DNA of 64,000 nt from a virus (lineage: Duplodnaviria > Caudoviricetes), in IMG/VR virus record IMGVR_UViG_3300030376_003877, positions 19,486 to 83,485 of that record. One strand, written 5' to 3'. Positions 41,601 through 52,825 of the stretch are shown here, piece after piece (position 1 is the stretch's first letter; each line of letters opens with the position of its first letter). The notes beneath the pieces were generated by a model, which had not been told where the DNA came from, did no database searches, and saw only the letters and a program-made list of their open reading frames with translations. A program made the translations under genes and the position numbers.

Positions 41601-44600
41601 ACAGGAACAGGTGGTGTACTTAAAGCATTTTCAGCAGATGTTGCCAACTGTATTGATGCTTCATCAATTTTAATAACAAAAAGTTCAGTGTTAGGTAACT
41701 TAGTTGTAGCACCAATACTTGGGAATGTTGTATTATCAATGACGATTGCCATTGTTGTTCCAGTACCCGGATGAGAATACTCAATTCCTTCTCCACTTAC
41801 AAAGTAGTGATTGGGCATAATGATCTTATTTTTGGATACATCAACAGTTGCTGCAGATGAACCGTCAAATACTCTTCTAAAGATATCAAGTCCATCGTGT
41901 TTTAGATCAAATTTCGTCTTAAGATCTAGTTTAGTGCCCTCATAATCCTTATGATCAGTTTTGATTATAGTGTTAGATATGTCAATTTCATCATTTCTAA
42001 CATTATCATCATATATTATCATTTCTGTAAAATAAGTTCTTACATCAACGTCAATGTTGGGTTCGGGAGTATATACAATTTGAAGTCCACTAGTTGATGC
42101 GGCAACACCTACTGTTCCAATCGTGCCTCCAGTATTGATATTGCCCCATTCAACATAAACATCATTTGTGCTAGAGTTAAGTGCTCCAAATTCAAGGATT
42201 TCGTACTTATTATTTGTATTATCTTCAATGGTCATAAAGTAGTATGCCGACTCTGAAGGATCCTCATAGGATGCTACTACATTGGCAGTAGGAGATCCAG
42301 AGGAAGCAATAGTGGCATAACTAGATCCAACTCTAGTAACATCTAATAGTGTATTAGATACTGTAGTCCCTGCGTCAGAAATAGCAATGACACTTGCGTT
42401 GCAAGTCATCGCGAGTGACCCATTAGGGAAGAACTTAACAATAATATTTCCACCTGAAAGTCTAGAGTCAAAAGTTCCAAAACCAACACCAGTCACTCCT
42501 TCATTTTCATCAATTGACCCAAGTTCAAGTTGATATACATCAGTTCCATCATGAACTAAGTTTAACTCAGAAATAAACATTGTATTGTCAGATGCTTCAA
42601 AGTTAGCCATAACTTTTGCTGATCTGTATGTTGCTCCAATAGAAATAATATCAGTATTGGTTGATGCTGGAATGGTAGTGATTTCTGATTTTATAAAAGC
42701 AACATCTCCAAATCCCTTAGAACCCTCTGTAGATATTCCAGTTAAAATAGAGAAGTTTGCAGTTGAAACATCATAAGTGTTAAATTCAAACTTTGTAGGA
42801 TAGAATAATAATCTCCAACCGTCAGATCCTGAAGCATAATCATAATATCCAAGATATGGATATGATTCAATGGATGCAAACTGGTTAATGTAACCTATGT
42901 TATTATTTTGAAGGCAAGAAACAATTGCAAACTGCCTCTCATCCGTAAAAACTCTATCTCGTACATGAGTGATGAGTTTATTGTACTTGAAGTCATTTCC
43001 AAATATTGAAATAACTTCAAAAGGAGTTGTTCTTTCGTTGCTATTAAACTGAGGACTAATATCATCTATACTTAGAACTCTATTTCCTACTGACTGGAAA
43101 TAATCAGAAAGAATTCTCGTATCTAATACAATTTCATCAGATATATCAACATTGCCCAATCTCCTAGTTCTTTCAATCGCACTATCAAAATCATAGTAAC
43201 AATTTAGATCTGCAGAACTAACAATATCAACTATCGTTTCAATATTGGAATCTGGGGATGAAACTGTCAGTGTAAGATCATCATTCACTTCTCCACTAAG
43301 GATTTGCAAATCTGCATATTTTTTAAACCCAGAAGTATGCACTAGTGAGTTTACTGGATCACTCCAAGTATCAAAATCGACTTCAGAACTAATTGAATAT
43401 GAAAGATTTTGATAGTACTCATTATCAGGTAGTCTTTGAAGATTATCATTTAAGAATCCAGTGTTCTTTTGCCATCCTTCAGTGATTGTTGTACCTGTTC
43501 CTATAGTGATTTCTGCGTCAAATACTGAGATAAACTCAATAGCGCCTTCAGCACCAGAAGTTGCTCCTCTAATAATATCACCAGGTTGTGCAACTCCATC
43601 TATCTTTGCTTTGATGATTTCAATATTATTATTGTAACTATCAACTCTTCCTTTATATGAAGGACCTTCAAATCTTTCTCCTTTAAGGAAATCATTTTTT
43701 CTAATCTGAGAATCAAAGATTGGGAAGTTGACCTTAGGAATAACTCTACCTAGAGAATCACTACTATAGTTGCCTGGATATCCCTTTCCGACATATTGGT
43801 TTAGATCGTACTCCACCCATGCTCCAGATCCTCCTGCAGCAGCGTTGACACCAGATACTGAGAATAGTGCATAGTTATAATCTTTTGAGTTGAACCCAGA
43901 ACCGGTAGATCCAATACTTATGTTTTCAACCATTATGGACTTGCCAACTTCAAATGGGAAGTCTCCTCCAGAGAACTGATGAGGAAGGAAGAGTCTTACA
44001 ATTTTTGTTGAGTTGTTATATGTGATTGATGATATACTAAAACCATTTGAGTTATTAATGGGAATAATAGTAGGAGGAATATCATATAAAGAAGAAGTAT
44101 TCTTAAGAATTTTTACCTCTGTGTCTCCCAAGTCATATTCAAGATCTACTTCAACAACTTTACCACTAGATCCATCAATAACAATTAAATCAGGAGATAC
44201 CAGATAATTTATTCCTGAGGATGTGATACCGATTGATTGGAATGATGAAAGAGGAGAAAGTTTAATAACCTCAGGGACTCCTGCCAAAACTCTTAGAGTT
44301 GGATCAGTAGGATAATCATAACCAATGTTACTTGAATTGAAATCAGACTTTAAAAGTATTCCAATACTATTACTATCTGGTTCCAGGTATGCTCCAGTTC
44401 CAAATCCACTCGTTATAGATGATATAGATGGAATACTCTTATATCCAGAACCAGGATCTAAAATTTTAACTTTTGATATTGCACCTTGAGCAGTTTTTGA
44501 TGTTGTTTCATATGTTGCATTACAATTAGATGATCCAAATGATATGATATTTGGTGCTGATGCAATATTAAATGTAAAGGTGGTAGAACCAATACTTGTA

Positions 44601-47600
44601 ACATCTCTTGGACCATCTAATTTTGTTCTTACAACATTAATTTCACTAAAAGCATAAGCATCTTTATCTACTACAATCGTAGTTTTTGTAGTTGTGGTGG
44701 ATGATTTTTTAATCGGTTCAAAATCATACCAAAGAACCGAAGGAACATTGTTAGTGAAATTGATTGAAAGACTAGCATCGGAGTCGAGGCCCATTCTTCC
44801 ATTAGTTGTTACCTCAAACTGTTCACCTTTCCCTGATGTAATAAATCTATTATTAAAATGCAGATCCGTATAGATCTTCATATCAAAAGCAGAGTATGAT
44901 ACTCCATTTGATATGGATGAGAGTGATGAATCTGAAAGGTCAAATTTTAAAATATTATTTCTACTTACCTCTACAAATGGATTGATTCGAGATAACGTTC
45001 CATTAGAAGATGAAGTTATATCTACAAACTTAGGATTGAGAGATTTAAGTTCATTTTTTTCACTTACAAGCTTGATTTTATTGACCGTATATATGTAAAC
45101 ATAATACATTCCATTATTTGTAAGACCACTTGCGGGAGAGGAAGCAGTGTATATTACTTTATCTCCAGTTTTAAACGGCATACTGGAGAATTTGATCGTA
45201 TTCTCGTCAATATCTACGTCAGAAGCAATAAAGTTTGTTGGATCAAATACAATTCTTCTATTGTAATCATCATACTTAACGATAACATCAATCTGATTAG
45301 TAGGATTAAGGTCAAAGAATATCTTATTCTTATATGCAAGACCGTGAGTGCCTGCTGTAGATACGGTAACTATATTTTTAGATACATTACCTGTCACCAC
45401 ATTATTCTTATCAGTATGGAAACTGTGATTATTACCAGTTCCTATTCCTGTAAAATATAAAAGATTAGTATCTGTGTTTATTCCAACATAAGTTCCAGTT
45501 GTCCCTAACCCCACTTTGTTGGAACTAATTCCAACATACCTATTATTAAGTGGGACAGCATACAACTTATCATATGAAGATAGATTAGTATATGCTACTC
45601 CTACCAATCCACTCCACACTTGAATAGAAGTTCCATCATTTGGATTATATTTGAGTATTTCATTCAATTTTAGACCATGATTTGGAAGATAAATGTTTCT
45701 TGGATCGACAAATATCTGAGTGATACCTGCTCCTGGGTTTACAATTGATAAAGTATTACCAATACCAACTGTTCCAACACCAACAGATTCTGAAGGTTCA
45801 AAATAAATCTTCTTATTAAGTGTTAATGTTTGAGTGGTTTTAGATGAACCAACTTTAATAGAAAATCTTCTTGAATCATCTTCAATTATACTGGATATCG
45901 TATGTGCAATAGCAACTGTACTGTTAACTGCTCTTTCTACTCTTAATCTGCCGGGTTCAATTTTAAGAACTTTGACTTTTTCTGTTCCTATCTTGAGTAT
46001 ATCATCTACCATAATAGTAGGATAACTCAAATTGCCGGATACTGAAATATACGTGTGAATGCCTGTAGATCCTTGAAGTCCTACTTCTTGTGCTAAAGAA
46101 AGTCTAGAAGTGGTAACCCCGACAGTAAATCTACCATCCAATCCATCAAAGTAACGTGAAAGACCATTAACAGTTACGATATCCTTATCATTAAATCCAT
46201 GAGGTGTAGATGATACACCTAAGAATTGACTTTTGGAAGTTTGAGGAACAAACTCAACTTCACTAATTTGTGTTGTAGCAATACTTACTGTATTAATTTT
46301 TCTACCAGATACTCTATCAACAGAAGCACGAGCATTCTTACCAAACCTTACGGAATCAAAATCAATTTTATCATTTACTTTATAGTTATCTCCACCAGTA
46401 CTTATTCCAATAGACTCCACCTTACCAGTTGTTGCTGCGGTAATATTAATTTTTTGAGGTTTGTCCTTACTTGAATTTAAAATATAATCATAAGAACTAT
46501 ATTGGTTATTTAAATTATATGGAGTTGTATTCCTTAACCATTTATTTGATTTGAGATCATAATCAGATTGATTAGATGTCTTTAAGAAGTTAAAGGAGTT
46601 TGGTTTTGATTTAAAAGTTGGTCCAATAATGTATGGGAACTCAGGTCTTTTGTAGTTATCAAAAGGACCAAAATTATCGATATTCTGTTTTATTGTGGCA
46701 AAATATGCATAAGTTCCATTTGGATATTCTGGAGTAACACATATCCTTCCATTGTGCTCATCTAAGTCACCAGAACCAGTGAACTGATAATCTTCAACAA
46801 AAAATCCTTCACCGAATGAAGACAAAGGAGGTCTTTGTGATTGCTGTGTTACGAGTTCATATGACGATTTGATTCTGGTTACCGTTCCTCCAAAAGCATT
46901 TGTGTATCCATATGGACCATAAATCGGATTTCCATCATACGCCCAACCAATAATTGGAGAATGATCTAGAGATTCAATCTCAATGCCATTATTAGTAACT
47001 AAATCTGTATTTCCATAAATTTTATTTCCATTAGAATCAACGGAATATAAAGATTCTCTTAGTTTTCTTGGTGCATATATGTGAGCATATTGTAGAGAGT
47101 CATCTTTTGTATTTTTTATTACAAATCCGTCATCATCTTTTATATTATTAAAATCATTAGCAAAAATATCAACTACCCATTGTTGGATATTTGCTTTAAT
47201 ACTACAATCATTTCCAGATTTGACTATTTTTATTTGTATATCACCCTGAACATATCCTGCTCCACCATTTATAATTTTTACTTCTGTAATTTTTCCATCA
47301 ACGATAACAGGAGTGAGTTTAGCGTAATCACCAGATCCTGATAGAACTAAATCTGGAGGTGAGTTATATCCAGACCCACCGGACTGAACAACAACATCAA
47401 TAATTTTACCATTAGCAATAACGGGGAACAACTGTCCGTCAGAACCACTGACTAAACTAATATTAGGTTGTCTATTGAAATCCATCGTAGTGGATGCACC
47501 ATATCCAACTCCTCCAGAAATAGTATCAATAGATTCAATATTTCCTCTGAATACAGGTTTAATTTTACAATTAAAATCTTGATTTGTTAATGTATTGACT

Positions 47601-50600
47601 CCGATAGTTCCACTAATATTGACTGAGATTGGTTCATAATTAAATGATCCATTTCCACTGGAAGTAATATTGATGTATACGTTATTACTATAATAATAAT
47701 CTTTGGCAATACTTCCTGTTCCTATGCCCGATAGTAGAAACTTATCATCATCTACTCTAGTTACATAATAATCAGTATTAGAAGAAATACCACTCACTGG
47801 AGATGATCCTGGAGTATATCTAATAATATCACCTTCCATGTACCCATGGTTTGGAATTATAAAGTTGTCAGTAGAAGTATTAATTCCACTAGAGGGTATT
47901 GTTCTCTTTTTATTTTTATATCCAAATCCAGAATTTGTTACTATAACATCTGTTACTAATCTCTTTCTTTCTAAAGTCTCAAGAGATTGTGTATCTTTTC
48001 CTTTTGAAAGTATAGTTACAGTGTTAATGCCTGATTTGGACTCAGACAAAGTATTGTGAAGTTTGACAGTATATGCATCGACTACATTTGCATAGTATAC
48101 CGAGTTAGTAGACAATCCTAAAATTGTGTTTGATCCTCCAGTTTTGTATACTAACTTCTCAAAATCTCTAAACTTGTGAAAAGTTGAGAATCCTATAGTG
48201 CTATCGGTGGTATTAACATTAGTACTTCCAGCACCAGCATTAAAAGTAACTACATGAGCAACAGATGATACATTTACTTTAGCAGCAGCATCTTGTCCTC
48301 CTCCACCTTTGATTTCAATTATTGGTGTATCAATATAATCATATCCAGTATCGATTATATCAATTCTTTCTAAAGACCCATTGACTGAAACATTACCAAC
48401 AGCACCAGATCCTTTAGAGTCTGTAACTAATAGTTCTGGAGGATTGATTACATCATAACCATATCCTTTATCAACAACCTCAAAGTTATTGATTTTACCA
48501 TAATATACTCTCTTAGGAGATTTGAAGTTAAAGACCTCAACTCCATTAATGAAGATTCCGGTAGGTCCCGGTTGTGTGAAGAATGTGCCTGATTTATTAT
48601 CTGGAGGTAATACTTGACGTAAAATATGTTGTGGTAGAAGTTGCTTACCATAGTTGCTGTATAATATAATTTTATTATTTTCTACAGAACCTATGGGTAC
48701 GACATATTTGTTAGAAAATAAATCAGATTTACTCTTAGCAAGTTGAATTTGTGTAGAACTAACTCTCTTGACAAAATAAACTAACTCATCCAGGTTAGAA
48801 AACTGACTTTTAGTTTTAGTAGTAATCTGATTACCATCTGGAGTATTGGTAATTGTTTCTGTTACACTACCTTTATAGAAAACTGCATCTCCAGTATATA
48901 ATCCATGATCGCCTGAAGATTGCAGATTCAATACTCCCAATCCAGTTGCACTGCCTGAGAAAGTGATTTCTTTGCTATATGGATTTAAAATAGTCTCAAG
49001 ATATGATGGAATAGAATTGCTAGAAATTAGCAGGTCACCATTAAACTTGGTATATACGTTTTGAATATTAGAATAATATTTTTGAATGATTGGATAATTA
49101 TTAGACAGTCCTTTCTGAATAATATTTTTTAGATTGTATCTAAGGGAAAGTTCCGATTCTGGTATGCTTGATGATAACTTAGCTACAAATCCTTTATTAG
49201 TGTTGATTGCCGTTATATAACCCTCTCGTATAGTTCCATTAGAACCGATGAGTCTTACCTTATATCCAATGTAGAAGAAGTGATTGGAATGCAATTCCAC
49301 TTTGTAAGTAGATTCACTTGCATCTATAAGAGTAATGTTTTTAACATTCCAGTTTGTTTTTACATTAAACAACCAGTTGTTCTCTTTAAAACTAGATGAA
49401 GGGTATCCTAGTGTTTTAACACTAATAGTATCGTTAGCATTTAGAGAATATGTATCACCAAAGACATTAAAATCCTTAAGGGCTCCAGTGATACGAACAT
49501 TTACAATATCAGATTCTGTTTTACCAATGTAACTGTAAGCAAAATCATTTTCTACTACATTAGATGTATTTGGTATTTCAACAGTTAATGTTGTTATTCC
49601 AATAAACTGATTGAGTGATTTTGAAGTATATTGAACAACTACATCATTATAGTCAGCATCCTTTAGAATAATTTCTCCAGTGCTGCCAAAACTTACGGTA
49701 GAGTCAACATCAATAATAGTAGCACCGATACCCGCAGTGTTTACTAGTTGCGTTTTTGCTGCTGGTTCAAACGTGCTGAAAACTGTCCCACTTACATCAA
49801 TATCTCTTTGATATCCATAATCAATAGAAACTTGATAATATTCACTTTTGGTATTGAATGCACCTTCATCAATGCCTAATGAAGCATAATCCCAATTTAA
49901 CTTCTCTACGTTACAAACTGATCCTCTTGCCTTTCTAGAATCCTGATATATTGTACGTCCTTTTAACTCTAAAGGATCGCCAATATTTTTCTCAACCACC
50001 ATATCAATGGAAACTCTATAGTCTGCATCAGATGGTTTAAACAGATATTCACTTGGTCTTATAACTGAAGAATCTTTTCCATATAATGCTCTAAAAAGAA
50101 TTTCAATTGAATCGTCCGTACCTTTAGATTCATAGAAAGACCTAGATCCAAAGATAAAATTCCTTGCATCGACATCCTTAGTTATTGCTCTATCTTCAAA
50201 TCCAGGAATAACTTGGTTCTTAAGTTTTCTAAAAAACTCTTTTAAGAAACGAATACTTAGGTTATAAATTACAGTGTTTTTAGTATGGTCAGCAGCAAGA
50301 GTTTCTTTAAATACTAGTTGATCGGGGGTATTGGTCCCAGAGTAACTTGTAATGCCGCTGAAACCCCGTATACACCCCTCAAATGAGGTATCTGTCTTAT
50401 GGGTGTAAGAGATGATTTCATCATCAATTAAAAGTAATCCATTTCTTTTTGGAAATCCTTCTGTAAAATTTCCATTAATGTCAGCATCAATAGTAGTATC
50501 AACAGATAGAATATCTGATTGAAGAATAGTAGAATCTACTAATCCATACAGTTCATCTACTTTGACATACTTATCAATATTTGTAATAAGATCATATGTT

Positions 50601-50728
50601 CCGCTTTGGAACTCTACTGAAAGATAATATTGATTTAAAAACTCAACAAGCAAAGGAAAATCATCCCTTACATATGCAGGAACCTGAGATGAGATGATAT
50701 CTTGAATATTGACTCTATCGATTGCCAT
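38675..50728 (-). CDS. g7: baseplate wedge initiator gp7 (cyanophage giant form, 4017 aa)
   Basis: Between g6 and g8; FLNQYY, SKGTDDSIEILFRALY, HSPIIGWAYDGNPIYGPYG, LVHTSGFKKYADL. Confidence 0.88.
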   Translation of the reverse strand: MAIDRVNIQDIISSQVPAYVRDDFPLLVEFLNQYYLSVEFQSGTYDLITNIDKYVKVDELYGLVDSTILQSDILSVDTTIDADINGNFTEGFPKRNGLLLIDDEIISYTHKTDTSFEGCIRGFSGITSYSGTNTPDQLVFKETLAADHTKNTVIYNLSIRFLKEFFRKLKNQVIPGFEDRAITKDVDARNFIFGSRSFYESKGTDDSIEILFRALYGKDSSVIRPSEYLFKPSDADYRVSIDMVVEKNIGDPLELKGRTIYQDSRKARGSVCNVEKLNWDYASLGIDEGAFNTKSEYYQVSIDYGYQRDIDVSGTVFSTFEPAAKTQLVNTAGIGATIIDVDSTVSFGSTGEIILKDADYNDVVVQYTSKSLNQFIGITTLTVEIPNTSNVVENDFAYSYIGKTESDIVNVRITGALKDFNVFGDTYSLNANDTISVKTLGYPSSSFKENNWLFNVKTNWNVKNITLIDASESTYKVELHSNHFFYIGYKVRLIGSNGTIREGYITAINTNKGFVAKLSSSIPESELSLRYNLKNIIQKGLSNNYPIIQKYYSNIQNVYTKFNGDLLISSNSIPSYLETILNPYSKEITFSGSATGLGVLNLQSSGDHGLYTGDAVFYKGSVTETITNTPDGNQITTKTKSQFSNLDELVYFVKRVSSTQIQLAKSKSDLFSNKYVVPIGSVENNKIILYSNYGKQLLPQHILRQVLPPDNKSGTFFTQPGPTGIFINGVEVFNFKSPKRVYYGKINNFEVVDKGYGYDVINPPELLVTDSKGSGAVGNVSVNGSLERIDIIDTGYDYIDTPIIEIKGGGGQDAAAKVNVSSVAHVVTFNAGAGSTNVNTTDSTIGFSTFHKFRDFEKLVYKTGGSNTILGLSTNSVYYANVVDAYTVKLHNTLSESKSGINTVTILSKGKDTQSLETLERKRLVTDVIVTNSGFGYKNKKRTIPSSGINTSTDNFIIPNHGYMEGDIIRYTPGSSPVSGISSNTDYYVTRVDDDKFLLSGIGTGSIAKDYYYSNNVYINITSSGNGSFNYEPISVNISGTIGVNTLTNQDFNCKIKPVFRGNIESIDTISGGVGYGASTTMDFNRQPNISLVSGSDGQLFPVIANGKIIDVVVQSGGSGYNSPPDLVLSGSGDYAKLTPVIVDGKITEVKIINGGAGYVQGDIQIKIVKSGNDCSIKANIQQWVVDIFANDFNNIKDDDGFVIKNTKDDSLQYAHIYAPRKLRESLYSVDSNGNKIYGNTDLVTNNGIEIESLDHSPIIGWAYDGNPIYGPYGYTNAFGGTVTRIKSSYELVTQQSQRPPLSSFGEGFFVEDYQFTGSGDLDEHNGRICVTPEYPNGTYAYFATIKQNIDNFGPFDNYKRPEFPYIIGPTFKSKPNSFNFLKTSNQSDYDLKSNKWLRNTTPYNLNNQYSSYDYILNSSKDKPQKINITAATTGKVESIGISTGGDNYKVNDKIDFDSVRFGKNARASVDRVSGRKINTVSIATTQISEVEFVPQTSKSQFLGVSSTPHGFNDKDIVTVNGLSRYFDGLDGRFTVGVTTSRLSLAQEVGLQGSTGIHTYISVSGNLSYPTIMVDDILKIGTEKVKVLKIEPGRLRVERAVNSTVAIAHTISSIIEDDSRRFSIKVGSSKTTQTLTLNKKIYFEPSESVGVGTVGIGNTLSIVNPGAGITQIFVDPRNIYLPNHGLKLNEILKYNPNDGTSIQVWSGLVGVAYTNLSSYDKLYAVPLNNRYVGISSNKVGLGTTGTYVGINTDTNLLYFTGIGTGNNHSFHTDKNNVVTGNVSKNIVTVSTAGTHGLAYKNKIFFDLNPTNQIDVIVKYDDYNRRIVFDPTNFIASDVDIDENTIKFSSMPFKTGDKVIYTASSPASGLTNNGMYYVYIYTVNKIKLVSEKNELKSLNPKFVDITSSSNGTLSRINPFVEVSRNNILKFDLSDSSLSSISNGVSYSAFDMKIYTDLHFNNRFITSGKGEQFEVTTNGRMGLDSDASLSINFTNNVPSVLWYDFEPIKKSSTTTTKTTIVVDKDAYAFSEINVVRTKLDGPRDVTSIGSTTFTFNIASAPNIISFGSSNCNATYETTSKTAQGAISKVKILDPGSGYKSIPSISSITSGFGTGAYLEPDSNSIGILLKSDFNSSNIGYDYPTDPTLRVLAGVPEVIKLSPLSSFQSIGITSSGINYLVSPDLIVIDGSSGKVVEVDLEYDLGDTEVKILKNTSSLYDIPPTIIPINNSNGFSISSITYNNSTKIVRLFLPHQFSGGDFPFEVGKSIMVENISIGSTGSGFNSKDYNYALFSVSGVNAAAGGSGAWVEYDLNQYVGKGYPGNYSSDSLGRVIPKVNFPIFDSQIRKNDFLKGERFEGPSYKGRVDSYNNNIEIIKAKIDGVAQPGDIIRGATSGAEGAIEFISVFDAEITIGTGTTITEGWQKNTGFLNDNLQRLPDNEYYQNLSYSISSEVDFDTWSDPVNSLVHTSGFKKYADLQILSGEVNDDLTLTVSSPDSNIETIVDIVSSADLNCYYDFDSAIERTRRLGNVDISDEIVLDTRILSDYFQSVGNRVLSIDDISPQFNSNERTTPFEVISIFGNDFKYNKLITHVRDRVFTDERQFAIVSCLQNNNIGYINQFASIESYPYLGYYDYASGSDGWRLLFYPTKFEFNTYDVSTANFSILTGISTEGSKGFGDVAFIKSEITTIPASTNTDIISIGATYRSAKVMANFEASDNTMFISELNLVHDGTDVYQLELGSIDENEGVTGVGFGTFDSRLSGGNIIVKFFPNGSLAMTCNASVIAISDAGTTVSNTLLDVTRVGSSYATIASSGSPTANVVASYEDPSESAYYFMTIEDNTNNKYEILEFGALNSSTNDVYVEWGNINTGGTIGTVGVAASTSGLQIVYTPEPNIDVDVRTYFTEMIIYDDNVRNDEIDISNTIIKTDHKDYEGTKLDLKTKFDLKHDGLDIFRRVFDGSSAATVDVSKNKIIMPNHYFVSGEGIEYSHPGTGTTMAIVIDNTTFPSIGATTKLPNTELFVIKIDEASIQLATSAENALSTPPVPVGISAVGAGASHAFNSTNQNAKGVIAIDNMIQSPLAVTDITTTLDQNITFDLVFNTTGVTSFISGDVIKIDDEYMILKTIGVGNTIKVSVSRGDFGSTVAIHTTGSTITKYDGNYNIINNQLFFGVAPTGHSPLSTTTGDPNSRDWTGITTSSNFHGRTFMKNAGTGTTNETYYQNYVFDSISDRFTGIGQTYRITSNNSNITGISSSSVVIVNGIHQTPQGVQAHKGDYNIIEDLPTGISSISFTGNANSLGYDYNKSTLPAGGQFISLGSTGGFGYQPLVSAAGTALVSAAGTIASISIGNSGSGYRSGIQTVVNVGVQTYSGVIANVEFVGTANISGGNIVSVAITNPGAGYTFTNAPVVVFDEPLSYVDIPLIFSSSSPSGIGRSATANIIVGQGSSVIDFEIRDSGYGYREGEILTVALGGSTGIPTDTTKTFDEFQINVDRVHTDAFAGWSIGQFQVFDVLDDQFDGSTKAFKLKVNEETVAIQSKKGSNIELDQTLLVFINDILQKPGEAYVFDGGSVITFSEAPKGPLVGYGNTGDTSKILFYRGSGDTDVIFTNIEETVKVGDLLKLSNNPDLNQSITLDQKPRTVIGINTLDSVSTNSYIGPGVTTDQTLYRPVNWYKQKIDKVVDGDEIGKDRLAYEPSIFPAAYLTQPLSISTTIVYVDTVRPIFDSRNESNLRSFQNSIVVNTQDVLVGASVTAVVSIAGTISSFVISNSGQGYVGLSTIAISVAPPIGLGNTHRASGVGSMSSGKLVTASVNTIGSGYTYTNPPAVIIEEPILVEEIMPVTSYNGDYGNIVGFGTTTSGSFNQLRFDLYIPSDSDMRKSDIVGTAVTVSGISTGDYFTVFNSNISPAVGSALTSLYNDGTTLGITTSFMDGVFQVYSSSTVQVDVLGVGTTAVRRLFTNVGSISTVSYGTTSFGSFSWGKIGVSRSSISTTFSSYNENGYSGISTSALVTRRDSLRFINYI

Positions 50729-50734
50729 TTCTTA

Positions 50735-52825
50735 TTAGTAGCCAGAAGTTGATTGGGTATTATTAAAAGTAGATTGTGCAACTCTATTGGAATTTACCAA
50801 TATCGTAGAACTTGTATTGGAAGTAGAAGAAGAAGATGATGAAATAGTTAATGCAGTTTGTGATACAATTTGAGGCGTACCTCGTACTAACTCATTTCCA
50901 TCATAACTCGGACTTACAATATAGTTGCTCCCTGAGATATCATCTCCAGAATCTATCCTATCTACAACACTATTTACCGTACTATAATTGAGGTCTAACT
51001 GGAGATAGAGATCTTGAAGACCAATAACATCATTTGAATAAGGAATAGCAGATACTTCAATAATAGGAACTTTATTTCTAATAATACTTGTTGAAATGAA
51101 CTTTATCGGATTCAACTTAATCTCACCATGAATATAATCAACAATACCAACATTCTGTTTTACAATTACTGCTTCCTTTGGTGATATCAACTTAAAGAAG
51201 AATAGTTTACCAGTCTTCAATCCTATATTTGGAATGTCTCCAATATAGAGAGTATCTGAGATTCCGCTAATTTTAAAACCTGATGACCTTATATTAAAAC
51301 CTTTGTTTTCAGCATCAGATATATTTGTACCACATTTATCTGTTGATGAGTTTTTAACTTGGAATCTATTACCATAACATAACTCATATTGTCCAAACTT
51401 ATTAATTACAGGTTCTAAATCTCTTCTAATCTGAACATTTGTGATATTAGAAGTTACTGCAATATTGCTATTATCAATTAAAGTTTGATACTTACTATAC
51501 TTAAATCTTGCTCCAAACTTATTCAATGCAGAGGAAGAGGAATAATCTGTGATTGATGATAGAACCTCTGTCTTAACTACACTTCCGCTTTGTACCATAT
51601 TTGTATTATAATACACATTAGAATCAGTCTCAATATAAAGATAGTTTAAATCTGTCAACTGAACTTGAATACCAGCAACTTTATAACGATTTATTTTTTC
51701 AATTAGAAAATCTTTTAAACAAGTAGATAAAAAGACTCCATTGACAGGTTTAATACTTACAAATACTTTTCCGTATTGTGGAGGATTTAAATCTTCTCCA
51801 CCATATGCTGATACAGATTCTGCTTCAGGATATATGTTAGGAATCAATGCCTCATAGTCTGCTGCTGTGACAGCCCGACTCTGAGATGCATAAATTTGTG
51901 GGGCATATCTTTTGATTGAATCAACAGATTCTATATTAGAACCAAGTTGCGATGAACCATCAGCAACTAATGCTGTAATAGAAGTTGTAATAGGAGTTCC
52001 ATTATTTTCTATTAACTGCCCATTAAAAATAAATGAGTCAATTCCATTTCCTTTATCCCCTGAGGATACCATGTATCCAACTTGTACGACATTTGGTTCT
52101 TCTAACTTGTTACCAAATATTCCATCGCCAAATAAAAGTTCATATTTTTCATTTGCTATCTCTTGTAAGAAGTAAATACGAGAATCTGACTTAATATCAA
52201 TCAATCCACTATATTGGGTATAAGTGGTTTTAATGTTCGATGTAGACGATTCTAGTACCTCTACATTGATCAATGAAGTGTCTATTCCAGTATTTGGTAA
52301 TATGTATTTTTGATTCGGAGTTCTGGAACTTACTGGAAACTGTGCCTCAATAAAAGTTCCTTCATAAATTGTGATATCATAAAAACGTGCTATACCATCT
52401 GAATCAACCGTTTTTGTAATATCTTTAATAATTGAAAAAGTATAATCTTCCACACCGAATTGTTGAGTCGAAATAGCAACAAGACCTTTCTTTAAAGTTA
52501 CACTTGATGCTGTTGTATTAGATACATCAACTTCAAAAGATATAACTGATCTTGATGCAGTTCGTGATCTCGGCACATATCCAATATTTCTTGCTAGTGA
52601 CACTACATTCTCTCGTAGTGTTGCACTATCAATGAATACTTCATTCGTTGCCATATTGGCATTGTATGAAGTAATATATGTATTATATGCTAATGCATCA
52701 ATAACTGTAGAGAGGTTTGACCCCTCAAAATCGTAATCGGTGAAGTTAGAGTTTGCACGGAGGTAATCCTTTATGGAAACCTTTATCTGCTCAAAATCTA
52801 GATTGCTGAAATTTACTAAAGGCAT
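50735..52825 (-). CDS. g6: baseplate wedge subunit gp6
   Basis: LDFEQIK, DYDFEGSNL, SATLRENVVSLARNIGY, RAVTAADY. Confidence 0.96.
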   Translation of the reverse strand: MPLVNFSNLDFEQIKVSIKDYLRANSNFTDYDFEGSNLSTVIDALAYNTYITSYNANMATNEVFIDSATLRENVVSLARNIGYVPRSRTASRSVISFEVDVSNTTASSVTLKKGLVAISTQQFGVEDYTFSIIKDITKTVDSDGIARFYDITIYEGTFIEAQFPVSSRTPNQKYILPNTGIDTSLINVEVLESSTSNIKTTYTQYSGLIDIKSDSRIYFLQEIANEKYELLFGDGIFGNKLEEPNVVQVGYMVSSGDKGNGIDSFIFNGQLIENNGTPITTSITALVADGSSQLGSNIESVDSIKRYAPQIYASQSRAVTAADYEALIPNIYPEAESVSAYGGEDLNPPQYGKVFVSIKPVNGVFLSTCLKDFLIEKINRYKVAGIQVQLTDLNYLYIETDSNVYYNTNMVQSGSVVKTEVLSSITDYSSSSALNKFGARFKYSKYQTLIDNSNIAVTSNITNVQIRRDLEPVINKFGQYELCYGNRFQVKNSSTDKCGTNISDAENKGFNIRSSGFKISGISDTLYIGDIPNIGLKTGKLFFFKLISPKEAVIVKQNVGIVDYIHGEIKLNPIKFISTSIIRNKVPIIEVSAIPYSNDVIGLQDLYLQLDLNYSTVNSVVDRIDSGDDISGSNYIVSPSYDGNELVRGTPQIVSQTALTISSSSSSTSNTSSTILVNSNRVAQSTFNNTQSTSGY

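Noticed and set aside
488-52175. Many short plus-strand and alternative-frame ORFs overlapping core genes in the track
   Set aside because: They are nested in well-supported T4-like genes and have no motifs or promoters
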